In this document: positions 13,385-26,900 of the stretch, piece by piece
Position numbering within the stretch: position 1 is the stretch's first letter
Layout of the letters: every line of letters begins with the position of its first letter
DNA from: Hormiphora californensis
Lineage: Eukaryota > Animalia > Ctenophora
Assembly (NCBI GenBank): GCA_020137815.1
Contig: CM035358.1
Coordinates: 2,108,001 to 2,172,000 of the forward strand
Length of the DNA: 64,000 bases
Direction of reading: 5' to 3'
Program-made: the position numbers and the translations under genes
Notes under the pieces: generated by a model
What the model was told of the DNA's origin: nothing
The model's database searches: none
Seen by the model: only the letters and a program-made list of their open reading frames with translations

Positions 13385-14920
13385 GGGGGGGGGGGGATCC
13401 CATGGTATACTTTGGTATACTTTGGCACTTTCCACAACTTTTTCAGCGATTTTCCATATACCAAAGTATACCAAATTATTAGGGTGATTCATAATGATTT
13501 TCAATCGCTCTTTCTGAGTGCACACAGAAACTGGGGACCAAAAATTTTACAGGCGTGATTAGTTTGGGACAATTTTGGAACCCCTTGACCATTTTTTGAA
13601 GTTCAGGAGGTTTTCGAAACGGGAGGCAACTGAATTGGTTTTTTAACTTTTAGGCCCAAAAGGGGTCCGAGGGCCTTGTAGAAGCCTAAAGAAAGACCCC
13701 TAGGGTCTTTGTGGGAAAAGGAATAGAAAACCTCTTTTGGGGTTTGGGAATAATTTTCCCCTTTTCACCCTTGATTTTTTGGGCTTTTTGAATTTAGTAA
13801 AAAACCCCTTTTTTTCACTTTAATTGTTGGCTCGGGAATATTGGTCTTTCCCAAGTTTTAGCGTAAAAAACAGAACTAAACCACCCCTCTATATGACCCT
13901 AAAGTTATTGGTGGTTTTGAGTGTTTAAAAGGGTTTAAAAAATTGAATTCCCAAAAAAGTGCCAAAAAGGGAAAATTTTTGGTTTTTGGGGGCCATATTT
14001 CGAGAAAATTATTAGCCCCCTACCCCAACCCCGCAATTTTTTGGTCAAAATCGGTTGTTTGCGTTGAAACTGATTTAGAAGGATATTTCATGAGCAAATA
14101 GGTCGTTTTCTAAAATGTTTTGTTTGGTTTTTGCGATTTTTGGGAAAAAGTAAAAGGGGGGTTTTGGGACAAAACTAAAAAAGGGGTTTTGTAGCCTTGG
14201 GGAAATAGTTCGTCAGATTTTAACCAAGGATTTTAGGGCCCAAAATTTGTGTCAGGAAAAGGTCCTAAAAAAAATTTTGTGTCCCGATGAAACATGAAGC
14301 AAAAAAAATCGCAATTGAAAATTTAGAATCATTAAATAAAAAAAATTACCAAAGGTATCCCAAAGTATCCCAAAAAAAAATTTTAAAAAAGGTAAAATTT
14401 TAAGCAAAAGTTAACTTTAAAGACTAAATTTTTTAAAATAACCCTATTTCTTTAATTTGGTTAAACCTTTTTTAAAACCGATTTTTCCCGTTTTGTTACA
14501 TCACCGGTTTAGGCTTCTGGTTGCCACTCGGGTTCGTTTCCCCGGGAAGGAATTTTTTGAAAAATTTTTGGGGGATACCAAATAAATTTGAAAATTTTCT
14601 TTCTTTTTTAAAAATTTTTTTATATACTCAAAGGGTCCCAATTTTTCAAAACCAGTTTTCTGACTCACATTTAAGGGGAATTTTTTCCCCCGATTCTATG
14701 ATTTTGCCTATTTAGACCCTTGCAATTTTTTGAGTCAAGAAAATTTTTAAAAAAATTTTTTAAAGCCGGAAAATGTTGTAAATTAACACTTTAAAGTATT
14801 TAAAAATTATTTAAAAAAGAAAGGTATACTTTGGATATTTGGTATTTTCCCCATATTTTTTGGGTTTTCAAATACCAAAATATACCAAAATTTTACAAAG
14901 TATACCATGGGATCCCCCCC
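13385..14920. mobile_element. Non-autonomous TIR DNA element with poly-G termini
   Basis: Left end GGGGGGGATCCCATGGTATACTTTG matches right end CAAAGTATACCATGGGATCCCCCCC. Subterminal GGTATACTTT repeats. Imperfect 8-bp flanks ctatctta/ccatcttt. Confidence 0.8.
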
Positions 14921-15194
14921 ATCTTTTGGGCCGGGGGGTGTAAAAGTTATCAGGGCCCCCGGGCCAAGATAGTATTGACGTGGCCTTTTAAAAAATGCGG
15001 GTCTCTTTTTCCAAATCCATCCCCCTTATCTTTTTTTCTCTCTCCCCGAGACTAGTAGTGATTTATGGGGGGAAACATCAGTTTAAAAGTCGTTACTTAA
15101 TTTGTCCCCGATTTTTGACCGTTACAGTGCCCCCCCCCCCCCCCCCCCTGTCGGCCCCCCCCCAATACTCAATATCTATCGAATTGTACCGCAA

Positions 15195-15232
<38 letters not shown>

Positions 15233-15519
15233 CCGACTATCGAATTGGTTTTCCCTTTTACCCCCAAAAAAAATATCCCTTTTCCCCCAAGGGCTAAAAA
15301 AAATAAACTGCCACGCAATATAACCTAATTTATCCCAGTACCCCTCTGTCATTGTCCGTGTTATCTAACCTGTCACTTGTCCAATTCTAAACCCCGTCTA
15401 CGGTCTAGCATGACTTGTTATACGCCCTAAGCCCCCAAGCCCCCACCCTAAGCTAGGGTAGAGTAAAACAAAACAAGTTTGAGCTCTAATTTTTCTAACC
15501 ACTCGACTCCTTCCCCCAG

Positions 15520-15687
15520 ATTGCCAAGAATTCCGAGCTGGAGGCAGCCAACATCACCTTCAGTTATGATGGAACGGGTAGTCTGGATCAGAATGCCCTG
15601 CTACTGCAAGATCTTGTAGATGTGACGGTTAATGATGAAGAACGATCTAAAACTCTAACCATCCTTGCTGTGAACAGCAACCACCAG
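15520..15687 (+). CDS. Penultimate exon of an Ig-like-domain cell-surface protein
   Basis: ccccag|...|gtaaga, phase 0, 168 nt, open: IAKNSELEAANITFSYDG...SKTLTILAVNSNHQ. The Ig E-strand LTI and E-F turn continue into GxYxC in the next exon. Confidence 0.7.
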
Positions 15688-15911
15688 GTAAGAATGAGTT
15701 GAAAACTTGAAATGAAATAAGTATAATAGTACTGTAGGTGTCTATCAAACAGAAGGCTCGGGTCCCGCTCGGGCCTCTTATTATCCTTGTTATGATGGTA
15801 TATTGCAGTTGTTCGGACCCCCAGGGAGGGGCCAAGGTGGTATAGTCACGTGATTTCATTGTGAATGTCCTATATATGACATGGTGACAAATAGGCGGCA
15901 CGAGCCACTTG

Positions 15912-15981
<70 letters not shown>

Positions 15982-16093
15982 TCTATCTATCTCTCTATCT
16001 CTCTCTCATTCTCACAACTAATCGTGTGTGTAAAGCTACCAACATCTTCCGGTTAACTTCCACACTCCTGTCTGGTCCCTCTCTATCATTCTA

Positions 16094-16135
<42 letters not shown>

Positions 16136-16534
16136 TCTCTCTCTCTATTTCTCTGTCTAACAGCAGCTTTTCCAACCTACTTTTTGAAATGTATTAAACG
16201 CTATTTCCAGATTGCAAATTGATATCAATTAGTATCCTGGAAATATCAATGATATCCAAGGTCTACTTCCCCTTCAACGGATTGTCTCCTTTTCTCCAGA
16301 ACTATCTGTATAGTTCCCCTCTATCTCTCTCCCATACACTCACACTCATGTGATAATGAGTAGACTCACCTTGATGTTGTTACCGTCCTTTTTCTATTTC
16401 TCTCTCTCTCTCTCTCTCTCTCCTCTCTCCTCTGCTCTCTCTTCTCATCGCCTCTCCTCGCTCTTCTCCCTCTTGCTCACTCTCTCTCTCTCTCTCTCTC
16501 TCTCCCCTCTCTCTCTCTCTCTCTCTCCCTCTTG

Positions 16535-16613
<79 letters not shown>

Positions 16614-16736
16614 GCCTCCCTTTTCCACTTTGTGTACTGCATAAACATAAAGGAAGGCCCCATCATTCTCCCTCCCTCTCTATCATTCCCCCGCCTTCAC
16701 GATAGTTCCCCCGCTCTTTCTCTACAAATGAAAGAT

Positions 16737-16775
<39 letters not shown>

Positions 16776-16791
16776 CCTCTAGTCTCTCTCT

Positions 16792-16834
<43 letters not shown>

Positions 16835-17074
16835 ATGAAAGATGACTCTCTGAATGTATAGAGAGGTGACCACCAGATGTGATTTGTAGCATTTTTAGCA
16901 AACGTGTCACATTGCCCCCCCCCCCCATTAAAATAATAAAATTCTTCTCAAGCAGGGTAAATTCAGACCCCCTTAATTTTCTCTTCCTTCGGGGGTCAAT
17001 GTGAATGGGGTCGGGGAGGGTTCCCTCTAATAAAGCATGTCCCTTTGTTAAAGAGGAAGAAGCTTTTCTCTCTC

Positions 17075-17111
<37 letters not shown>

Positions 17112-17674
17112 CCTCTCTCTCTCTTTTTTTTTTCTCTTAACCTCTGACCCCATCACATTGAATCGGAACTCTAATTTTGGAGCGTACACTAACTCACATT
17201 ACCGGGCAACTTGCAACCTTCCTGCTTGTTGCACACACTCAATCAATATTTAGTAGGGAGCGAGAGAGGAAGAGAGAGTGAGATCGCGAGGAGAGAGAGA
17301 AAGTGAGAGCGGGGGAGAGAGAGAGTGGGAGAGAGAGAGAGATCCATTTTCATTTGCAAACGATTTTATTAATAACACTTCCTATCGAAATGTTTTCTCA
17401 TTTCATTTCCCATGCATATTAAATTTTTATCGTAGTAAGTTTTAGTTCATAAAATCGAGAATTAAATGGAAAGTAGAATGAAAAGAGATGGAGATGGAGA
17501 GAGAGTGAGTGTGTGAGAGAGAAAGAGAAAGATAGAGAAATAGATTAGAAAGAGGATATAGCTGCTGTTCCAAAAGGGTTGAAACCCTCCCACACGTGTC
17601 ATGTCATCACTCATCAGTCATCGGCTTATTCAAACTCCTAAATTTAGGGCTTATTTCTCTGTCAAGTACAAATA

Positions 17675-17750
<76 letters not shown>

Positions 17751-17770
17751 CTCTCTCTCCTCTCTCTCTC

Positions 17771-17813
<43 letters not shown>

Positions 17814-17862
17814 TCTCTCTCTCTCTCTCCCTCTATCCCCCAACTACTAACCCCACCTCTAG

Positions 17863-18015
17863 GGTAAACTGAAATGCAGTGTTGGTGATGAGGAATGCAA
17901 ATTCGAACTCAAAGTTATAGATACAAAAGAGACTAAAGGCTCTGCCAGTTCCCCATCATCCTTCCTTACCCTTCTTCTAGTTCCTTTCCTGATAGGTGTG
18001 ATGGGTTCCTGCTAG
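17863..18015 (+). CDS. Terminal exon A: Ig F/G strands plus GPI-anchor-like hydrophobic tail
   Basis: ctctag|GKLKCSVGDEECKFELKVIDTKETKGSASSPSSFLTLLLVPFLIGVMGSC*, phase 0. Confidence 0.7.
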   Translation, partial: GKLKCSVGDEECKFELKVIDTKETKGSASSPSSFLTLLLVPFLIGVMGSC

Positions 18016-18674
18016 GTTCCATTATATATGTGTAGCATTTTGTTGTCTTTATCTCTCTCTCTCTCTCTCTCTGTCACAACAACTGTTACAGAGTCTTTTT
18101 CTGTTACGAACAGATTTAATTAATCTCTCTCTTTGTGAAAACTTTTCTCTCTCTATGTCACAACTCTTTTTCTTTGTCTCTCAAGGTCGTCTTCGCGATC
18201 CTTCTCTCAACAGCTGAGTGTACCTTTTTAACCATCGCTATTTGTTCGGCTAAATATTCGTTTAACTTTCTTTCTCTCTGCTCCGTTGAAAAGCAGGTTT
18301 ATGTGTCTTTATTCTTTATCTCTGTGTGTGTGGAACCCGAACTCTTAGCTACACTGCAACTCTAACAGATTCGAAAATCAGGATGGATCTCTGTTTTTTT
18401 TTAAATCTTTCAGATCTTTTACTTGAGTTTCTCCCTCCAGATATATTCTGAATATTCATCTCTCATATGTTCCAGATTTGTCTTGCTTCTCAAGACTTTA
18501 CCAGAGATTTTACCTCTATATCTCTCATTCATGTTTGCTATGACTGTCTAATTGCTGCAAGCTAACCCAGGGGGTCCAGTCCTTCATTGTTACCCTGATT
18601 GATGGTCTTTAGGGCTGGATCCCCCAAACCACTTCACCTAAACCACGCCACTAACCACTCCATCTCTCCCCCAG

Positions 18675-18818
18675 GGTACTTATAAATGTAGCGTTGGAGC
18701 TGAGACATGTGAATACGAGTTGATTGTAGGGGAGGAGGTACGAGGAACCGGAGCCGCTGCTACCACCCTCATTTCCACCATTCTCTTCTCCGTGGTGTCC
18801 TTGTTACATTTCTTCTGA
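18675..18818 (+). CDS. Terminal exon B (paralogous alternative): Ig F/G strands plus GPI-anchor-like tail
   Basis: ctccccag|GTYKCSVGAETCEYELIVGEEVRGTGAAATTLISTILFSVVSLLHFF*, phase 0. Confidence 0.7.
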   Translation, partial: GTYKCSVGAETCEYELIVGEEVRGTGAAATTLISTILFSVVSLLHFF

Positions 18819-20317
18819 ATATGTAGTTGAGATATAATATATATTGAGAGAGAGATGGACTGAGAGTGAGATGTGATGCTTGATAGTGGTTTTGGGATCA
18901 TTTATATATGCATCAAAAGGGAGAGAGAGTGAGAGAGGGTGAATGAGTAAGAGAGAGATACATGTTGAAACTTGTAGTTCCAATAATATGAAATCCCAAT
19001 TTCCCCCCATTTTTTGAAATATATATATAAACCCACGAACACAATTCTTTACTACCCCAGTCCCCAATATATATTTAGTTTTGCGATCTATCTTTGATGC
19101 CCCTCTTTCTTTAAGAGGAGGGAAATCTTTTCTTATGCCCCCACTGTTGTTATGTTGTTGTATTGTTTTTTCCCTTCTTGAAAACGTTGCAATCATGGTC
19201 TGTCTGTTTGTTTGTCTGTCTGCGAGAGAGAGAGAGAGAGATATGGAGGGAAAGAGAGATTGGTTGTCTGTGTGTAATATACAGTGTTTGCGTTTATGTT
19301 GTTTGTCCGGGGTTAAATTTTAGATACTTTGGCTCCCTTCCATATTATGTATATCCTTGTTATGTTCTAACCCTGAACCCTCCTTTACATTAGCGAGACA
19401 GGGTTGAACATTGCAAATATACATGTATATCCTTTATCGTGGTATAAGATCTGAGCACCCCCCCTCTTTACATTACCATCCGTGTGATTGTACTACAATT
19501 GTGTGCAGCTAGGGGGGGATGCTTGAATTGTGGGGAGTCAAGAAAAATATGAGTTGAACACTGGTTGTTTGTTAAGAGTTAGTTAGAGAGTGAGAAAGAG
19601 CTGGTCTGCTGGGAAACATGGTTGTTTTTTGTACGAGAGCAGAGATGATAGATAATTAGCATTTTTAATTTTTCTTTAAACTAATTTATTTTTTCCTTTC
19701 CCTTATTTTCATGGAAGAAAAATGAGTTTGACCGTTTGAAATATCTATACGTTTAAAAAGAGAACCTCCGACACTATTATTTACTCTGAATAAAAATATC
19801 TTTTATCTAGCGGCTGAAAAAAGAGGCACTCCCCAAAATATCGGTTGTTAAAAGTTGTTTAAGTTAACATTTTTCTACCGTATATAGGCGTTTGTTGATA
19901 TTATATTAATTACTATGGAACATTTTATTCCAAATATATTTTCTTTTTCCCTTTGTTCGAAACATCCAAACGTGGCTGATGGTAAAGTGAATAAACTTTT
20001 CGTTTCAAGGGTAAACTTGATCTCCAGAGATCTTGGTCGCTCATGGCACTAAGAATCTGCAGTTTCTGACAGTTTCCAATGCCCTGATCTGTCATCAATT
20101 CGGTCGTCAAGGTTTTGATGAAAGATTATGAAGCTCGATCGAATATTCCCCTGAGGATTGGTGTGAGCGCAGCCGCGCGCATTTCAAAATTATTGAAAGC
20201 ATGACATTTCAACATTCCACAATGGAGGCGGCAAACGTACGCGCAATAATGACGCCGCGCGTGATCTTCAATACGTTGAGAAATTCAGTTTTCGGGTTGC
20301 TTGCGGAGGAAAGAGAG

Positions 20318-20331
20318 CTCGCTATGGCAAC
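20318..20331 (+). promoter_or_regulatory. RFX X-box-like site upstream of GAS8
   Basis: CTCGCTATGGCAAC is close to the consensus GTYRCCATGGCAAC and lies 135 nt before the ATG of a motile-cilium gene, in a GCGCGC-rich segment. Confidence 0.55.
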
Positions 20332-20465
20332 CGTCTCCGCAAACGACATCTCGTACACACGCACGCTTCTGAAGGCTGTACAGCAGCCACCTTGCTATCG
20401 TTCTCATTTGAATTGTGTTGCCTTATTTGACCCATTTGTTTTGCTAGGGATTGTAGTTCAGTGAG

Positions 20466-23400
20466 ATGGCAAAGAAGGGTAAAAAGAAGAAGTCGGGGAA
20501 GAAGAGGAAAAGCGCGAAGGGGCCCGCGATTATCGATGGCATCAGTACTGAAGAAATGAGCAAAGAACAGCTTGAGCAACACATCCATCGATTGAGAGAA
20601 GGTAGGATAAAATAATAGATATACAAATTCATGAAATCAAAGCTATACACACTCTAAGTAAACACAGCAATAATTGGGGTCAGTTAGGTAAATGTTTTTA
20701 AATTTACAGTCGTTACTCTGCCTTTTCAACCTTTTTCGTCTTCTTGCCGAAGTATGCCTTAACAAAGTAATGACAGAAAAGGACAAAGTAGCTGGCGTAC
20801 ATTACGAGCGTGCAGATCATAGGTATAGATGTCAGCTTTCTTCCGCACATCCACCAGGGCACGTAAATACCTGCCACCAGCCCTCCCACCATTTGGGTGA
20901 TTTGTAGGCTTGTTAGGGCCATCGCTAGGGGTCTCCAAACCCTCCATCCCATTGCCCTGATCGCGTAGTAGGTGTACATCAGAGCGTGAACGGCAAAGTT
21001 AACACCAGAGTACCAGTTTCCTACGTTTGTCGGCAGCTCAGTTTGGGTCACATACTCCGATAGATTGAGGGTAAACAGCAGGACAGTGACATGGTGATAC
21101 CAGTGGAGAAAGGACAGCTTGCTCTTGCGAAGGACAATAAATAGCGTATCGCCCAATTCAATGATCTTAGAAAGTCCGAACAATCTCTTCCACAAGGCCA
21201 TGAGCATATCTTTTTCCATAAAACCACACATGAAATACCCGGAAAATCCTTCTGTCCAGACCCCACTGACAAGATGGTACGTGATTCTGGAACTGCCCCA
21301 GGTGCTAAACACCGCCAAAATCACATTCCAAACAATAAGCGGTTTTCGCAGTTTCAAAGGTTCCCGGTCTCTCATCCACCATTGAATCCCATGAATCAGG
21401 ATCACATAAACGGCACAAATGAGATAGGTCCAGTTGATCCGCTCATAGATGAACACCGTGCACCGGTTTAGAAGTTCGGGGGTGAGAGACCGCTCCCAGA
21501 AAATCGGGGTAAATATTGTGTGTTCAGTGGTAACAAAAGAAGGCATGACAGCAACTCGAACAACTGCAAGATTGTGTAGAATGGTTCAATTTGATTACAA
21601 GGGAGGGGTGTGTGTGTTGCGTGTCACGTGATCTAAATTCCCTGTGAACAATACCCCACGCACAATGAGGCCTGTTGTTGTGTCGTTATATTGAATGAGA
21701 TCGCCTACTACCACGGCTGTCCACGTGTTCCCCTTCCTTATTCAACTGACTCAACACTGCTGGAGGAGGAGGGGGTGGGGTTGACACAAAATCCACCTCT
21801 GTTTCCTCACGCAGAGATTTCATCATCACAACGGAAGACCTTCCTGGCACCCTCCGGCCAAATGTCTTGGTTGTGATGTCAATACAGACCGTGCTGTCTA
21901 ACGTGGTCCTCCTGTGCCGTACAATTGAGGTATCTCCAATACTAGCAGGTTCACTGACAACTATACCCAACTCAAATCGGATCTTGTTAGAGTTCTCCGC
22001 CACACATTCAAACACGTCACTGTCACCAGCCGAGGGGGTCCTCCGGCCAAGACGTTGGGCAAAGTTCCGGAATTGTTTTATTCGGAAGAAGTAAACACAG
22101 GGATTGCAGAAGGAATTGAGGGACACGCTGAGAACTTCTGTAAAGTTCCAGAAATACCAGTAAACCAGGGTTTGGGAGAAGTAGGGTCCGGGATAGATGT
22201 ACTTGGCCATCGTTATGCCCCACAGTATATAGGCAATGAAGAGTGGTATATTGAATACAAAATAGATGCATGTCATAATTATTATCGTCACGGTAGCATG
22301 TTTCTTCATTTTGGCCCCTATTTTGACCCTTTTTACCGATGTATTGTCCCCGTTAGAACCAGCTAGTTCGGTATTTTCGTGCGCTACCTTGTACACGGAA
22401 ATGAGGCAGCTAATGGAGACTGGAATAATGGGTAAAGCGAGGGCGACACAGTCAATAAAGTTGTCGATATAATCCCAAGTTTTCGCAAAACTCGTCCCGT
22501 TATTAGTGTTTGGGATGAGCCAACACATAGCCCCTGATACATCGTATATACCAACCTGGAGACTGAGCGCAGTCGGAATAGCTGTCTCGAGTAGAATCAT
22601 CCCACTGTACAGACCGGCAAAGATAAATGTCCTCCTTTTAGAGATGAAATGTAGGGGCCATAGGAGTGAGCGAGTCCGTGAGACACTGAGAATGCCTGTT
22701 AGCATGATAGAATTGCGAGTGAGAAGTTGGAAAATGTTCATCCAAATAGCACAGGCAGCTTCGGGCGAAAACAGGGCAGCATCTCGCTCACTGAACATGA
22801 CAGGAATCTGGAAAAACGTCATGATACAAACTGCACAATCGTTCACCGAGATGGCGGTGTATAGGTGAGATGCGATGTCACGTTTCTTCCGGGCCCTAAA
22901 ATACTGGAATGCGGTGATATTTCCAATTAGGCCAAACACCGCACAGAAGGTATATATCACACCGAATGAGATATCAAGCGTCTCAATCGGCTCCCCATAG
23001 TCACTCGAGTTGGTCATACTGCAACTGTGCATGATAGAGAAAAGGATGAGTATTTAACTGGTCAGCCAGGAGTGCGTTGGGTAGCGGTGTTAGCTGTAGA
23101 TGTAGCGCTGCAGCGGAGAGATGTAACGCTGTAGCAGAGAGATGTACCGCTGTAGGCTGTAGCGGAGAGATAGAATTGTTAGTTTCAGGGGATTTCAAAT
23201 ACTAGAGGTGCTACATGTTTAGCAAAGATGTTACCAGTAGAGTTCACCGAACAGACACGCGTTTAGCAATGGTTTCAGCAGACAGATGCAGTGTGACCTT
23301 GCATATACACAACAAGCGCAGAACAATCAACGACACTTTACATATAATATGGTTATCACTTTACATAATTCTAAGTCTGCCAGGCTCCAAGATATAAATA

Positions 23401-23848
23401 AATTAGGAGCAGCATTCGGAGATATTACTCTGATCAGTGATCTCTCTAACAATTTATTCATGCATATTATATGCGTGGGATACGCAAGAACAAGCTCTTA
23501 GCTTGTCCCCTGACCCCTGGGAACAGGGGTCTGCTGCTAATAAGGGCTGGAGTAACACATACAGAAGTAAGCAGGGAGATTGGAGAAATAGATTTACAAC
23601 GTATCTTCGGGTGGAGACACACTGAGGTTGGTCGCACGCGTTCAACTCTAAACCGCGTGAAACACACTGAAGTTTCGCGGTAAAGTTCGAAGTTTCGCGA
23701 AAACCTCTTGCAAATGATTTCTCAGCCAAAAATGGTTTTTCGCGAAACTTCAAACCGCGAAACTTCAGTGTGTTTCACACGGCTGAGAGTTGAACGCCAC
23801 GACCAACTTCAGTGTGTCTGAGCTCTGATTAGGGACATAGATCCTATC

Positions 23849-23913
<65 letters not shown>

Positions 23914-26900
23914 GTCTCAGTTCTCACACTACATAGACAACCACGCGATCTTCAAAGACCCCCTGGTATGGACCAGGTGCCCCTCTTATGAGCAAACTCC
24001 TCTTTCTCTCTGTAAGACAACTTCCACTAAATTTTCAGCTCTTTAACTTTATAGCACCGGAGGGGGGTGTCTAGAGTTGAGTGTGCTCTCGATATAGGAC
24101 AACAGGAGTTTCCAAAAAAGATTACGTGCAAATGGAGTATTTAGTATCTTTTCTCCACCCCTTTAGACTATAATTATTATAATGTCGGGTTAGCTTCTTC
24201 ACAGCGGATATATGTGTGAGAAGTAAAAAGGGCGTTTCGGTTACTTAGAAATGAAATTTAAGATAGCCAGAGTAGAACTAAATTCAAGTCTGCCGATAAA
24301 TTTATATCATCACCTAACCACAGAATGCCAGCTATCAGTCATCGATTATCAATATTATAGCGGAGCCGAAATTACTAAACTGATATAAGTCAGGCGAGCG
24401 GAAACAGTTCATGTTGATCATAGATCACATGTATATGGTCTGCTGAGTGCTAGTAGACTTGAGTCTTGAGCGAAACCGCACTATTCCAAAAAAAAAGGGG
24501 GTGACATTAATTCCAAAGTGATACTTATCGAATTATAAAGTCTGCTGTCTGGTCGATTTTGATAAGTCGAGATTATTGAACTTGGTTACCACAAATCTTA
24601 CTAAAAACACCTCTCAATTTTCAGAGATGGAGCGAGAGAGGGAGGAGCGGAATTACTTCCAGCTGGAGCGGGATAAGATCAATACTTTCTGGGAGATTAC
24701 CAAGCGGCAGCTGGATGAGGGGAAGGCTCTTCTCCGAAATAAAGACAGAGAGATGGAGGACATGGAGGAGAGGCATCAAGTTGAAATTAAGGTTAGTTTC
24801 TCTCCCATGTCCACACTGAATTAATTTTGGAGTGAGTGGAATTCCAATTTTAGAATTAAAAGAAGACATGTTATACCACTCTCTAAAATCTTTAGTGGTC
24901 ACCTGACTGTGATTGATAGTCGTCGTTTTTGCGGTCATAGCCTTAAATTGTTAATTCTAAAATTACTAAACGAAAATAGAAAATTCCTAAATTGTATTTC
25001 CAGAATGACGTTTTCCAGGGCTGTAGCTAATATTATTTTTTTTGTAATGTGGTAATCCGTACCACAGTGGCCTTTTGGTGGTCACTAAGAATTTGACAAA
25101 AAATTTCTTTTGCACCTATCTGGTAGCTTTTTTGACGTAGAATCAAATGCACCCCTCACTCATGCCTTGATTTTTTGAGGAAAGTGGTGTTTTTTCAAAA
25201 AGAAGGGGTTTTGGAAAATTTTCGAAAAATTTTTTATGAGCTTATCTGGTAGCTTTTTTGACGTAGAATCAAATGCACCCCTCACTCATGCCTTGATTTT
25301 TTGAGGAAAGTGGTGTTTTTCCAAAAAGAAGGGTTTTTGGAAAATTTTCGAAAAATTTTTTATGAACTTATCTGGTAGCTTTTTTGACGTAGAATCAAAT
25401 GCACCCCTCACTCATGCCTTGATTTTTTGAGGAAAGTGGTGTATTTTCAAAAAGAAGGGTTTTTGGAAAATTTTCGAAAAATTTTTTATGAACTTATCTG
25501 GTAGCTTTTTTGACGTAGAATCAAATGCACCCCTCACTCATGCCTTGATTTTTTGAGGAAAGTGGTGTATTTTCAGTTTTAAGTCTTTTTAGGCTTCTTT
25601 GACAACCATATTTAAAATTTAGCTGGAGCAGGTGAAATGGGGATCCATAACAATTTAGATGTGGTTGATAGTAAGAAATCGAACAAATTTATATATCATT
25701 CAAACATTTTTTTTCAAACTTCATCCAGGGCGTTTTTATGGTCAAAAAACGAAGAAAACTTGATTTTTCGACCATAATATACAATAGTACGCACTTGAAA
25801 CCTTTTTTATCTGAAAGGCCAGACAATTTCCTATCTTTTGGTCTATAGGACATCGATGAGGTTCGATGAGGAGGCTGGGGAGGAAGCGTTAAAGAAGGCG
25901 TGTTTGTTTACTTTAAAAAAACGATCTTTCAAAAGTTTGAGACCTAACTAAACACGTATTCCGACCTTATTTTACACGTAGAATCGATTGCCGATAGAAT
26001 TGGGACTCTAATATTGAAGGATAACGGTGAAAACACGTTTTTTCTTCTTTTTGTGGTCCTTTTTTTGCATAAAAGTGGTCAAGATGATGAGATAAAAAGC
26101 AAATGATAGATTATAATGAAATGGTGGGCATCTACTGATCTTCTTCGTTCTCCTCACTGCTGCTGAGTGGCTCCTGCACCTGCCGGTGAATTAGAGGGCT
26201 CCCAGGAGGAGCGAGAATGGGTCGACTATTGCAAGTGCAATTCGGTGGTGCCACCTCCTCCTCTCACATGTTGTTAGACCATGAATTTTGTTAAGCTTGG
26301 ATTATCCGATGGGTAGACACTAGACATGTTCCTGCAAAAATTAGGCTGAGTATCATATACATAATAGTTAAGTTAATCTGCGTATTTATGCCAAATATGG
26401 ATCAAGGCCAAAGGGTTGGTATGGAGTCTGGAAATTTGATATCGGCCTTTAAATCCCAACAAAAACATATCATTACTACTCAATGACCTGCTGTGAAGAT
26501 ATTGGACCCCAATGGCTCTGTTTTTGTTACCCAGACACCCTGTTCCTAGCGATTTGATCTTGTAGCCAAGATCCTTGCTCACTCAGGCCTCAGCTCTGTT
26601 GCTAGCGTGGGATTGTTGCGCGCCGCGCAGTGTCCCAGTGCTATGTAAAGTGGTGTTGTCAGCACTCCCGTTTTTACACACAAAACAGTCGGGCAACATG
26701 CTTGTTACAAAGTGTGTTACACGACATGGTTTTGTATATGTAACAAGTTACAAGTAGTGCTTGTAACGTCTTGTCAGAGGCACAACATTTTGGTTACATT
26801 ATATGTATACGTGGGCTGCTCAACTAGCGATTAAATTTTGTTCTTTACCAAGCTGCCAACTGAACTAAACTATAAGTTACCCCTTCTCTCTCTCGATATT

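Noticed and set aside
3377-17867. Many ORFs with SLSLSL or ERERER runs
   Set aside because: They are translations of (TC)n/(GA)n microsatellites with no other coding signal.
26100-26600. Coding-like composition in GAS8 intron 2
   Set aside because: Stops in the frames examined and no recognisable motif; possibly a decayed transposon.
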